A stretch of 64,000 nt of DNA from assembly GCA_023132155.1 (NCBI GenBank), contig JAGLYP010000026.1, positions 1,741 through 65,740 of the forward strand, given 5' to 3'. This document shows, piece by piece, positions 1-13,700 of this stretch; position 1 is the first letter of the stretch, and each line of letters begins with the position of its first letter. Under the pieces are notes generated by a model. It was not told the DNA's origin. It did no database searches and worked only from the letters and a program-made list of their open reading frames with translations. The position numbers and the translations under genes are program-made. This DNA is from Candidatus Parcubacteria bacterium (lineage in GTDB: Bacteria > Patescibacteriota > Patescibacteriia > Patescibacteriales > UBA12075).

Positions 1-650
1 GCGTAAGTGAAACTAAGGGAATATTGGATTTTTTTCAAAAGAATTTTCAGAAAAATAAGGTAATTTTAGTGAAAGATTGTAAAAAAGACAGCAACTTGGA
101 GCCGGTATATTTTGAGGCTATTGGCCTGGCAAAGCGATTGTTTTCTGAGAGATGGGAAAATGATTTAGCTTTTTTTGTTAAAAATGATCTTGCAAAAATT
201 AACAAAAACAAAGAATTGTTTTATAATATATATAATAAGATAAATATTAAGCGGTTTAAGGAGAATATAAATTTTAAATTGATATTATTGATTTTTTTAA
301 CAATAACCGCTTCAATTTTGTTTATTAAGGCTTTTAGCGCGAATCCGGCAAATGACATGGAAATAATTAATGAGGTGCCCGCGGCAAAGGAAAGACAAGT
401 CCCTCGTAAAGAGATAGAAGAAATAGTTAAAAGCGCGCAAGGCACAAGTAAAAAAATAAAGGTAAAAGAGATAGGCTCTAATCTTAATGTGCGAAAAGGA
501 GCCGGTTCGGAATACGCAATAATTGGCAGTATTGCCCCAAGGGCTGTCCATGAAATTTTTAAGGAAGAAAACGGCTGGTATAAAATTGTAACAAAAGACA
601 ATCAGGAAGGCTGGATTTATGCTAAGTATACGGAGGAAGTCTTAGAATAA
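1..650 (+). CDS. Membrane-anchored SH3b-domain protein, 5'-partial
   Basis: Frame is open back to the window edge; hydrophobic helix LILLIFLTITASILFI; C-terminal SH3_3 motif LNVRKGAG..Y.IIG...ENGWYKI....QEGWI. Confidence 0.8.
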   Translation, partial: VSETKGILDFFQKNFQKNKVILVKDCKKDSNLEPVYFEAIGLAKRLFSERWENDLAFFVKNDLAKINKNKELFYNIYNKINIKRFKENINFKLILLIFLTITASILFIKAFSANPANDMEIINEVPAAKERQVPRKEIEEIVKSAQGTSKKIKVKEIGSNLNVRKGAGSEYAIIGSIAPRAVHEIFKEENGWYKIVTKDNQEGWIYAKYTEEVLE

Positions 651-752
651 ATTTTAAATATATAAAAATAATAATAATAATTTAATTATCATGTGTTGAG
701 CGATGTATGGCATAATCGCGCGAAACATTTGATATTAATTATTAAATAAATT

Positions 753-1268
753 ATGTATTATGAGGTAAGAAAAAAAAATAAAGGTTTTACTTTGTTGGAA
801 TTATTAATCGTAATCGCCGTGCTAGCCGTGCTAGCTGGCGTATTATTTGTCGCCCTTGATCCGGCCGCGCGCTTGCAGGATTCTCGCAACGCAAAACGTT
901 GGACAGATGTGAGCGCGATTTTATCAGCTATTAAATTGGATCAAGTTGATAATGGCGGATCATATCACGCTAATATAACCGCCATGGCAGATAATACTTA
1001 TTATCAGATTGGTGAAGCCGCGACCGGCTGTAATGACGCTTGCTCTAATCCTTCCGTAACTCTGCAATCGGCTTGTGTTGATTTATTGGATTTGATTGAT
1101 GAGGGATATTTAGCGGATGTGCCGATTGACCCGAATGCAAGCGGCAAGTCATCCAGCGAAACAGGATATTATCTTTATAAATATGACAGCGGCCAGGTTT
1201 CGGTTGGTTCTTGCCATGAAGAGCTTGGTTCAAATTCTTCCGTGCAGGCAATTGAGGCCTCAAGATAG
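753..1268 (+). CDS. Type IV pilin (prepilin N-terminal cleavage/methylation motif)
   Basis: KKNKG|FTLLELLIVIAVLAVLAG class III signal peptide with E5; YL..VP.DP motif; Cys residues in the globular head. Confidence 0.92.
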   Translation: MYYEVRKKNKGFTLLELLIVIAVLAVLAGVLFVALDPAARLQDSRNAKRWTDVSAILSAIKLDQVDNGGSYHANITAMADNTYYQIGEAATGCNDACSNPSVTLQSACVDLLDLIDEGYLADVPIDPNASGKSSSETGYYLYKYDSGQVSVGSCHEELGSNSSVQAIEASR

Positions 1269-1274
1269 CTTAAG

Positions 1275-1547
1275 ATGTTTTATTTTAAATTTTGGCGCGT
1301 ATTCGTATTATTGTGTTTAGCCGTTTTTATTGAGGGTTGTGTTTTTTCAGGTGCAGACGAAAAGTATTATGAAAATTCCGTTTATTGCCAAATAGATAAT
1401 GATTGTCAGCTGTATGATTGCGCGAATTGTGGAAATAGCTGCTGGATTGAAAAAAATATTAAAGATGATTTGATTTGCGAAAAGCAAAGCAGGGTAATTT
1501 CCTGCAAATGCGTGGAAAATGTTTGCAAAAGGAAATTGCGAAAATAA
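1275..1547 (+). CDS. Small Cys-rich putative lipoprotein
   Basis: Signal peptide with lipobox-like IEGC, then CQIDNDC, CANCG and CKCVENVC; 6 bp after the pilin gene and before a terminator. Confidence 0.65.
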   Translation: MFYFKFWRVFVLLCLAVFIEGCVFSGADEKYYENSVYCQIDNDCQLYDCANCGNSCWIEKNIKDDLICEKQSRVISCKCVENVCKRKLRK

Positions 1548-1557
1548 TCAAAATTTG

Positions 1558-1590
1558 AAAAAAATTAGAGGTTTGGCCTCTATTTTTTTG
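1558..1590 (+). terminator. Intrinsic (probably bidirectional) terminator
   Basis: A-tract, tagagg-tttgg-cctcta hairpin, T-tract. Confidence 0.6.
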
Positions 1591-1759
1591 TTTGCAAAAG
1601 GGCAGTGAAAAATGTTATAATAATATATAGAAATAAATTTTTCCACACTAATTTATTTAGTGTTATTTTTGGTTTTATAATATTTATTTTTATTTAATAT
1701 TAGCAATATTTTAATTTTTTAATAATCTTTAGTAATCAAAGTAAAATTTAATTGCCCCC

Positions 1760-4700
1760 ATGCAATCCCCATTGCTGAAAAAAATTAGAGCAATCTCTTC
1801 TAATATTTTATTTAGATTGGTATTTTTAATACTCTTATTAATGGCCGTGTTCAATTTTACACCCGGCCGTTTTATTTTTGTTAAAGCTTTTAACAATGAA
1901 ATTAAAATATTTCCCGGAAAATACGCGGTAGAGGAAAATGATGCGGAAAATTTTGTTTGGGAGAATGTTAATAACGCTTTTTTACAGTATTTATCTCCGG
2001 ATTCCGAGCTATCTGAATTTAATCAAGATAATTCGGCTTTTATTGCCTTGCGAAAAACAGATAAAAGCCAATCCAATGTTAAGGCCTTGCCGGAGCTTGG
2101 AAATTCCGAAGAATCCTCCGGCGCTGAAGCTATGGCGGGCAAGGATGACGCAAGTGATAATAGTGAAACCGAAGATGAGCTATTTGAGGTTATTGTAGAC
2201 GAGAATAATAAAGACGAGACGGCCGATAATATTGAAGAAAACAAGCAAGAGGATAGTGAAAGCCAAACATTGGCGCCCGATTTTGTCAGCGGCCCGGGAG
2301 ATGGCGATTTTGAAATAAAAAATATGGACTCAGGTCAAGTTGGCGGCAACAGCCAAACAATAAAGCAGGATAGCGATCAGGAGAAATCCGAAAACGAAAC
2401 TGAAAATCAAGATGGTGATTCGGAAAACGATCGGAAAGGTGAAGATAATCTTGAATTGAGCGGAGTTTATGAAAAAATAAAATCTTTATTTTCTTATTTT
2501 GATTTATTCGCGATTTTTAATAAAAATTCAGCTAATGCTGAAGAAAAATTACTTCAGCAAAGCGTGATTTTTTCCGATTTTAGCGTTCCTTTTGAATATA
2601 AAGACAGAGAAATAAATAGCTTGAATTTGTATTTGTCATTAGCGGCGCGAAGCGCGCAAGAAAATGATAATTTATTTTTTGAATATAGCTTGGGTGAAAC
2701 ATGGGAGCAAATAAGCGTTTTGGAATTGAATCAAGAATATTCCAATTCCGTTAATGGCGGATATTTTAATTTTCAGTTATCTGAGATAATCGGCTGGGAG
2801 GAGATTGAAGATTTAAAAATTAGAATTTCATATAACAGCAATAGTCCGCGGTTAGCAATGGAAAGTAATGCTGAAATTTTGGATTTTTTTGTATTTTTAG
2901 ATTCCCTTTGGATAGAAATTGAATATGATGATATGGACGAAGAGCAAGAAATAAGTGAAAGTGATTATATTCCTCAGTATAAAGAAAATTTTAATGGCGA
3001 GGAAGCGAAAGATGACGATTTAAGCGAATATAGCGTTGATTTATTGAATACTAAAGTTAATTTTAAAATAACCGAGAATCCGGAACTGAATTTTCGCTAT
3101 AAAAAGAATAAAAACTTGATTAATAAAATTATTTCCGGGCTTATCAGCCCTTTTAGCGATGAATATAATCATATAAAAATTTCCGCTGATTTGCGCGATG
3201 CCAGAGGTGATAAAACTGAACTTAAGCCGGAAGTTCGCTATATTAGCGAGGGGGAATTTTTAGTTAAGATTCCGGAAAATATCCGTGAGTTTAGACCAGG
3301 CAAATATTTTTTTGAGATTGAGATTGAAGATAAAGGTGAAATTTATCAGATAAGCCAGAATTTTAATTGGGGTGTTTTAGCGATTAATGTAAATAAAGCG
3401 GTTTATCGTCCCGGCGAAAGAGCTTATCTGCAGATGGGTGTTTTGGATGATTTTGGGCATACGCTTTGCGACGCGGATTTATTTTTAGAAATTACCGCGC
3501 CTAGCGACAAGACCGATATATTCAGCACTGATGATAATACGATTTTTAAGAATTCGGAATGCGCGGGCGATACTGTTATTTCGGGGTCTGATTATTATAG
3601 TTATTATTCCGTATTTGATACAGGAATTTATCGGATCAAGTTAAGGGCTGAAACAGAAAATGGGATTAGGGAAATATATGATGAATTCAAAGTTGAATCG
3701 GTTCAGTCTTTTGAACTTGAGCGGATTGGGCCGACTAGAATTTTTCCTTTAGCTGATTATGAAATGAAGATAATAATGCGCGCTAATGAAAGTTTTCAAG
3801 GAAATTTAGTTGAGTATGTTCCTGGTAATTTTAAAATTACGAATTACAAATTACACCTGTCAAGCGAGTACAAGCAAATTACGAATGAAGATATTAGTGT
3901 TCCTGATTCATTATTTTTAATTCAAGGCGATGAAATTGGTAAGAAGCTAATTTGGCAGAATCTTGATATAAAACCGGGAGATATCCTTGAATTTACATAT
4001 ACATTTGACGCGCCTGATGTTTCTCCGGAATTTTATTTGTTAGGTCCGTTAAAGCTGGTTGATGAGCATTATTTTAATTCCGGCGGAAAAAACGGTCAGT
4101 TGGTTTTTGAAGAAGAACGGCAATGGCAGGTTGCTTCTGACGCGGTCGCGGAATATGACGCCAATGGCGGTAGCAGTGTCGGCACTTGGGTTACTCCGTC
4201 TTACGCGTGGAATTCCGTAAATAATGATTATGCCATTCGCGATATACCGAAAAAGTCAGCAAGTGAAGAATATACAAATTATCTAATTGCCGATTCAAAC
4301 ACCGCCACTGACTTAGGTTATACGATTAATAGCGTTGAAATCGGTTTGGAGGCCTATATGGAAGATTTGCAAGCCGATATTACGGTTTATGTGCAGCCTT
4401 ATTTCGGCGGCACCGCCAGTGGAACAAGTTATGGTTTCGCGCAGTCCGTGTTGGGCACATCTGACGAGGATGTTGCGCATTATTACGATGTTACCAATGA
4501 CGCAAACGCGCCAAGTCCGTGGACATGGAGCGATATTATAAATTTAGATATTAAGCTTTGGGGCATAAACAATTCTAATTCCAGGCAGAGGATGTTTTAT
4601 ATTGATCAGCTCAGTATAATGGTTAATTACACTGAACCGAATGATCCTCCTGTCGGCGCGTTTAATTCAGCCACGCAAAAAAGAGATGGTGACGGAGTAG

Positions 4701-7700
4701 TTGATATTTCAATGGATGTTGGCGATCCCGATAACGATGACGTAAAGGCGATTTTGCAGTATGTCCAAGGTTCCGGATGTGATTTTAGCTCGCCTCAGGA
4801 TCCGACACTTGATGAAACCGATGGCAATACAACAGCTTCAAACGGTGATCCGAAAGTGGAGAATGATAATTTTTACCAAATCGGCAATTCTTCGGGTTGG
4901 ATTAAGACCGACACGGGAACAAATACAGTGCAGTTTGATTGGGATACGATTACGGATTTACCGTCGGGGAATGATACATATTGTTTACGTTTGTATATCA
5001 ACGATGATAATGCCGCTTCTTCCACGGCCGCCACAACGACTTTGACGATTGATAATGTTGCGCCAACAGTGCCCGGAGATTTGTCTGTTTTTGCCACTTC
5101 CGGCACATCCGTGATTTTAACATTTGGCGCGGTTTCCGCGGAAACCAATTTTTCCGAGTATGTTATTTATTATAAACAATATGACGGTTCAAGTCCGATT
5201 GAGTCAGATAGTTCTTGGGCGTCAACAAGCGATTCCAATTTAGACAATATAAATTACGGTTCAGCCACATCAACGGAAATAACAGATCTTTTTCCGGCAA
5301 CTCAGTATATATTTAATATTTGGGTTTATGATGAATACGGGCATAAGGCGAGCGCTACCAATAATGTAATAGCTACTACATCTTCTCAGTTGGTTCCGCC
5401 CGTAACTACGATTAATTCAGTTACGCAAAAGACCGATGGTTCGGGTGTTGTGGATATTTCTCTGGAGGTTGATGATGGTAATGATGACGATGCGCGAGTG
5501 CGGGTGGATTATGAAATCGGCACCAGCTGTGATTTTATTTCTCCTTTAGATCCTGTTTTGGATGAAAGCGCTGTTAATATTTCCGCTGATTTTGGCAATC
5601 CCGTTATTGATAATGATATTGTTTATCAGGTTGGAACCACTACGGGCGGTTGGATAGAAACGAATTCAGGAGTAAACACGGTTCAATTTGATTGGTTGTC
5701 AAGAGGCCATGACCCCGATCTTGACGGTGATTATTGCATACAATTTACCGCTAATGATCTTGATTCCGGAGATCAGATAACACCGGTTAACACTACCGTA
5801 ACGATTGACAACACAAATCCATCCGTTCCCGGGGCAATGTCTGTCGCGACTTCTACGGCAACAACTATCACATTAAATTTTGGCGCCGAGAGCGGTGACG
5901 CGCATTTTAAAGAATATAAGATATATTATAAATATGATTATTCCGGAGTAACAGAGGCGGATAACGCGTATAACAAAAGCGACGATGCAAATTTGGACGA
6001 GGCTGATTTTAACGGCGCCGCTACAACGACGATAAGCAATTTATTGCCTGAAACAACATATTATTTTGTGATTTACGCTTATGATGATTATGGCAATAAA
6101 GTCGGTTCAACTGAAATTAGCGGATTGACTGCGGAAGCCGATAGCATTAGATCGCGAACGGTTAGATTTTTAGCGGGAACATATTCCGGAAGCGGAGGTA
6201 TAGGACAAAATTCAGATGTTAATCAAACTTTTAGCGGATTTAATTTTAGTTTGGCGGAGAACGAGGTTGAGATAAAAAACGCTTATATAATTTTTGACGC
6301 GCAGTATGAATCTTATGCCAATAATTCGGAAAATTATATCGGATATAATTTAACGTTTGATGCCTGTCAAGAGTCATGTACGGCTGATGCTTTTTCAGGA
6401 TCCGGCAGGGTATTAAAAGATGATAACACAATACTTTCCTATGATGAAACAGAGAGCAATCAAATCAGGTTGCTTTTGGATGTAACAGATGAAACGCAAC
6501 TTTCCGCTTATACGGGCGGTAATGTAAATATGGAAGCTCAAATCGGCTATCGTTTGGAAAGGGGAGCGTCTGCCGACTCAATTTCTTACGCAAATGCCGT
6601 TTTAGTTGTAACTTATACTTATAATCATAGTAATTCAGACAGTTTTACCAATACGGTTTTTTATCCGTTGGAATCAAACGCATCGGGTGATAGCGGCACC
6701 AGACGTTCAATTCAAATAAACGGTTGTACGCGCGATTCAAATTGTCCGACTTTTGATTATCAAGTGGATATTCCCGAAATCGGCAAACAGCTTAATTATT
6801 GGTTTGAAGTGAATTTATTAAATTATGACAATAATCAGACCAAAACGGACGATGTGGGAGTTGATGTAAATATAGAAGGTCAGGATATAAATTCTTATAC
6901 TTTTTATCATGAAAATGCCAATGCCGGCGGACAAGGAAATATGCCGAGCATATATTTCGGACAGTTTGCAAATTTCGGTTTTAATGAAAATACAGCTCAG
7001 ATTTTGGAAGTTTACGCGAATTCGGTTGAGTATGATTATTATTTAATGGGCGGTGAAGTTGCCGAAACCTATACGGCATCAACTTCCGCTTCAACTAAAA
7101 CAAGAACTGTTTCTTTTCCGTTCGGGGCAGTAAATAACGGCAATACCACATCGCAGACCAATAGCGCCGTTCAGGTTTATTTTCCTGAAAACGGAAAATC
7201 TTCAGGCGTTGTCACGATTAAAAAAGCTTGGATTAGAGCGCATAGCGGTAATTACAGCTTAGCTGATGTCAATTTAACGATTTCCACAAAGGTTGGCGAT
7301 AATATACAGTCCGGAAATTTTGTTTATAATTATTTTCCCGGACAAGTAAATATCGCTCCGCCGTTTAAAATCACGCATGTTATTCAGTCTTCAGATTATG
7401 GAGAATTAGCCTTGGCTAATAGTAATACGGCGAAAGACGTTACCATTTACACTACTAACAGTTCTGTTAATCAAGGCGGATTGTCAGCGGAATTGATGAT
7501 TACTTATACTTATACCGATGAAGCAAACGGTTACTTGGCAAGTATTGATTTGTTTGCGGGGCAAACCGATGAAAACGGCAATAGCCAGAGCGCTACATCA
7601 GCAACCGCGAATTTGGTTTTTTCAGAGCAAGTAGGCATAAAAACAATACGGGCGGCCGCAATGCATTCAAGTATGTTATTGAATGATAGCGATGGGGCAA

Positions 7701-10700
7701 TGCCAAGCGGTAATTTTACCATTGATGTTGACATATCTTCAACAACACCGTCTTGCTCTAACGCGTATATTACCGGAGCGGATGGAACAAACGCTTACGT
7801 GGAATTTTATAAAGATGTTAAAGCGCGTCTTTCGGCAATTGATAATTTATCATATACGGTGTGTTATTCCAATAGCGGCGGCGGTGATGATAGCGCCGGA
7901 GGAAAGATGAACAGTGCTTTGGTTTATACATATCAGTATGATGTTCAGCCGGCGGTATTAAAGCAAAATGATTGGCGTTGGTATGAGAATATTGACGCTG
8001 TTCAGCCGACAAGCGCCAAGGCGGATGAAAATACAAATATTTCCAATATTAATTTAGCTGACATTTTAAGGTTGAGAATTAATATCGGAGCAACCAAAGA
8101 AGATTTGGCAATTTCATCAAAAATGTTTAAACTGCAATATGGACAGGGTGGTGATTGTACTGCCATTACAGGTTGGAATGATGTCGGCGGTATAAGCGAT
8201 GCAACTCTTTGGAGAGGCTATGACAATAGCTCCATATCCGATGGCGATGCAAGCGGCTCGGTTCTTTTATCAACTTCAAATGTTTTTGAATCGTATGAAG
8301 AAGAAAATTCATCTATTGTAAATCCAACCACTATCCCGCAAAATAATGCAGGCGAATGGGATTGGGCGCTTTATAATTATTCAGCGACATCAAGCAGTGA
8401 TTATTGTTTCCGCGCGGTTAACGGCGATGGCTCTTTATTGAATTTTTATAATTCCGATTCTTACGCGAAACTGACAACAGCCGCCACAAATACCAGACCG
8501 AATACCGTGTTTTCTTTAGAGCAGTTTAAAAATATCGGGACAACTACAATCGCAAATACGGCTTGGATTAATGTTGATTCGGTTCGTCTTAGAGCCTCTG
8601 TTACCGATGTAAATATTAATGAAAATTTGTCTCTTTATTTTCAGTTAGTTCAAAATATCGGATCTTTTACAACAGCCACGACTGAGCCGAGCAGCGCTTG
8701 TTTAAACGGTACGGCTTATGGGGCGTGCGGGTCTAACATTTGGGTCGCAACCAGCACAATTGGGGATTATAGAACAGACGGATTTACCGCAACCGCTACG
8801 ATTGCCGTTATTCCCGATCTTTCGTCGGGGTATAAGTGGCAGGTCTTGGCTTGCGATGACGACGGTGAATGTTCGGAATGGTCGCAATTTAACACAGGAC
8901 CGAATTTTAGAGTTGATATTACGGCGCCAACGGCGCCGGGAAATTTAATTTTGGCATCTACTACCGCCAGCTCATTTTTAATTGATTTTGGCGCCAGCAC
9001 AACTGAAGATAATTTTAAGGAATATAGAATCTTTTATAAAGAAGGCGATTCCGATGTTACCGAATTGAATAATGAGCATAATGATCCGGACTTAGGATAT
9101 AAGGATTATAATTCAACAGCAGATACATTGGTTGAAAGTTTGTCAGCAGGCACTCAGTACGTATTTAATATTTGGGCTTATGATTTTGCCGGAAATAGCG
9201 CGAGCGCGACGATTGAAATGATAGCGACTACAACAAGCTCATTTACGCCACCGACAGGTTCAATATTCTCTCTATCGCAAAAAACCGACGGCTCCGGAGC
9301 GATTGATATCGCGATTAAGGCGGACGATGGCGATAATGACAATACTTTGCGCGCTAAAGTTTTTTATGAGGCAGGATCCGGTTGCGTTTTTAGCCCGCCG
9401 TTAGATATGACAATTGACGCTACCGACGAGAATGTATCGGCAACTTACGGCGATCCCGATGTTGACAACACAAGTGAATATCAGGTCGGAACAACCAGCG
9501 GTTGGATTTTAACATCGCCCGGAGAGAATTTTGTATTTTTTGATTGGCTGTCAAAAACGGAAATTTCGGGAGCCAACGGAACATATTGCATAGGTTTGAT
9601 AGTCAGCGACGGAATATATGTGTCAAGTCCAACCGGCACGAGCCAGATTTTAATTGATAATTTGGCTCCTTCAACTCCCGGAGCTTTAACCTTGAATGAT
9701 AAAAATAAAAGCGACATAACAATGAATTTCGGCGGACAAAGTTCTGATTCCCGTTTTGATCGTTATAGAATTTTTTATTCCACATCTTCGCTTGTAACTG
9801 TGGATGATTATGAACATGATGACGCCAATTTGCTTTTACAGGATTACGGAGGAGCCGCGACTACTACTATTAGCGATTTAGAGGAAGGGGAAATTTATTA
9901 TATTAATATTTGGGCATATGATGATCTTGGGAATCGGGCTAGTTCAAGCCAGTTAACAGTAACTACCAATAGTAAGCCCAAAATTTCGAGTAATTTGACT
10001 CAGTACAAACAAGACGAAGCTACGCTTATAACTAATGGCGCCTGGACTGATGAAAGCGAAGTTCGCTTGTTGGCTTCTTCCACTGATCCTGATACATCGG
10101 AAGTAATTACGCTATATTTTGAATTATTGCCAAGCACTGGAACATTTAAAACCGCGACATCTGAGCCAAGCGGAGCATGTGTCTACGGCGCGGCTTATGG
10201 TACTTGCGACAGTAAAATTTGGTTTGTGGCTTCCTCAAGCCCCGGAGATTTTAGCGTTAATCCGTATATGGGAACAACTAGCATCACCGCGATTCCGGAT
10301 TCGGACACCGGTTATAAATGGCAGGTTTTAGCTTGTGATGACGACGGTGATTGCGCGAATGAATGGGCTATATTTGACGCAGGAACTCCGAATTTTAAAA
10401 TTGATACGGTTGCTCCGACAAATCCCGGTATTTTAAGTGAATATAGCAAGACCAGCGGTAGCATTACCTTAAGTTTCGGAGCTACTACCACTGAAGAAAA
10501 TTTCACGGAGTATATTGTTTATTACGATATCTCATCGCCCGTAAATGAATCCGGTACGGTTCATGGTTCTACCACTGATTCTAATTTGGTTCATATAAAT
10601 TTTAACGGCGTTGAAACAACATTGGTTGAAGATTTATTGCCAAACACGCAATATCATTTTGTTATTTACGCTTATGACGAAGTGGGGCATAAAGCCAGCT

Positions 10701-13700
10701 CAAGTGAAATCAGCATTATAACTAACGCGGTTGTTTCTACACCCGGAGCAATGTTTTATATAAAAAATGATCGCGTTTTATATTATCGCGTTTGGACGGG
10801 ATCCGCTTGGAACGCGGAGCAATCCGGACCGACTTTGGGAAGCGCGGCCGGTGATAATATCAGCCATATTCGGGCTGAGCGCTCGGACGATGGCGCCAGA
10901 ATTGCCATTTTAGCCAAAACATGGGACGGAACAAATCAAGAATGGTGGGGAACGGTTTATAGGGTTGCCGCTGATGATTTTGTAAATTCCGGCATTCTCG
11001 GATCAGCTTATGCAAGCGCTGATAACAACCAATTAATTACCGGATGCATCGGAGCGTTATCAAGTGGCGAGTTTGTTGTAATCAGAAACAATAACGGCAG
11101 TGCCGGCACTTTGGTTTTTTCATGGGATGCCGGCGACGGTTGGACAAGCGAGGGCGCGGGTCCGGGATCAACAGTCGGCGAAGTTGATATAATGAACGGT
11201 TGCCGGTTGGCGCGTCGGACAAGTACGGATAATTATTTATTGATTACTTTTGACGACACTATTCACGGAGGCGGTAATTACGGCGATGTGGGAACAAGTT
11301 ATTATTACGGCGGTTCCTCTTATAATAATAGCAGCTGGACAGTGTGGTTTGAACATTCCAGCTTGGAAGAGGATATTGATAATTATGTCGGAGAAGCGTT
11401 TTTTGATCCAAGTGATAATACGCGCGGGGCAATCAATTACTCAAACAGCAATAGTTCGTTTGACGCGAAAGTTAAAAAATTTATAGTAAGTCCGTCTTCT
11501 CCTTATATCAGTTATGGAGCGGAAGCCACTTCGCCCGCAACTTGGTCGGGGGATTTTGTTCACGGCGAATTCGGAACAGATCCGAACGGTGTCGGAACGG
11601 CTTGGTTTGCGGGTGATGATATTAACGGAGAATTAAATATTTATAAAATTGATATCACAAATAGCGCTCCTTCTTGGACGGCTAGCGCAAACGGAGATAA
11701 TATATCCGGAACAGGCCTTTATTCATATACGAGTGATTCGCAAAAGCCTTACGCCATCCAATTTTATAAAGACGGATACGGAACAGTCGCGTGGAATGAA
11801 GCAATAAGCGCCACTCCCAAGTATAGGATAATAACCGCCTCAACAAATACGATTGATGCCGCTGATACGGCGGTTTCAGGAGCAGAGGCTAATATTTATA
11901 CTCGCGCGCGTTTTTATAAAGATCCGAATGAAAATGAATTTGTGGCAATTTATCAAAATGATGATGTTGATTATAGCGCGATTTTTTGGGATGGAACAAA
12001 TGATAGTTTTTACAGTTCAGGCAATCAGGCATGGACTGAGCTTGTTACCGCTTCAGGCGCCGTTGACGCGGACTATGAGGCAGCTACATTTGCTTTTAGC
12101 GCCGGCAATGCTACTCCGAATACACCGACAAATTTAATTCAATATAAAAGCGATGCCAGCACAACCATTGCAAACGGAGCTTGGACAGATGAAAATACCG
12201 TTAAATTGGTTGCTTCATCCAAAGACGCGGATACCAGCGAAGTATTGTCTGTTTACGCGCAATTAATCGCGGATAATGAAACATTTTCATCTACCACAAC
12301 CCATCCGATTAATGCCTGCGCCGTTGGCGTGTCTTTTACCGCTTGCAACAGTAAAACTTGGCTGGTTGCTACCAGTTCCGGAGACTATAGCGCGAACGCC
12401 CTGGTTGCCACGGCAACTATTACTTTAATTTCTGATTCAGATGTCGGCTATAAATGGCAAGTTATGGCTTGCGATGATGATTCAGCTTGTTCCGGCTGGG
12501 CAAAATATAATTTAACTCAGCCGAATTTTTATGTTGATACAATTGACCCGACAGTTCCCGGAGAGCTTGAGCCTATTTCCAAAACCAGTACCAGCATAGA
12601 TTTAGATTTTGGAGCGACAACAACCGAAGATAATTTTTCTGAATATAAGATATTTTATTCAGAAACCATGCCGATTACAGAATTAAGTTCTGAACATGAT
12701 GATTCTGATCTGGATAATATTCTTTTTAACGGAACCAGCGGGGTGTCTGTTACTTCTCTGACACCCAATACTTTATATTATTTTAATATTTGGGCATATG
12801 ATTTTGCCGGAAATGTTGCCAGCTCAACCGTTGTGTCAACCACAACCAATACCACATATAATTTAGTCCAGACTTCTTATTTATTGGAAAATGATGACGC
12901 GCTAGATGTTAATTCCAATACTTCGGAAACAACTTTTGATAATCCTTTAAATAATATTAATATTGGAGAGCGGATGAATGTGAGGATTCAGCTTGAAAAC
13001 AACGGAGGTGATACCGCTTCTACTAAAGTTTATAGCCTGCAATATGAAAATCAGACTGACAACCCCGGCACATGGATTAATGTTGGCGTGGCTACTGAAA
13101 TTAGTTACTCTTTGGGTTTGTCCGGCGATAATGGACACGTGGTATCGTCAGCAAAAGCTGCCGCAAATTCAAATACTTTCGCGTTTGGCGCTTGGCATGA
13201 AGACACATATCAGACAGGATCTTTTTCTTTAATAAATAATTATTATACGGAATTTGTGTTTGCGATTGAAACCGGCAATGCCTTAACAAGCAAAACTTAT
13301 CGTTTGCGTTTGTATAATGAAACCGATAATAAAGTGCTTGATGGCTACAATAGTACTTCAACTTTTTCCACAGTTGCGACTGAAACTAAAAAATATTCCA
13401 AAGAAGAATTGGATTCTTTGCTCACAACAACCGCTGACTTGAAATATTATTTTGACGGCGAAGGATATGATGATGTTTCAACGGATGATAATACGAATTA
13501 TGATGAAAATGGAACAACAACCGCAAATTACGCTGTAATAAATTTTGCCACTAAGCATACCAATAATACAGATGCCATAACCGTAACTTGGAACGGACAA
13601 TCAAGCGCATCTCCCGTTTACGCAACCGTGTATTTGCAAGTTTATCAATATGGTTCAATTAATTCATGGATAACAATGGCAAGCAACAGCACAGCCGCAA

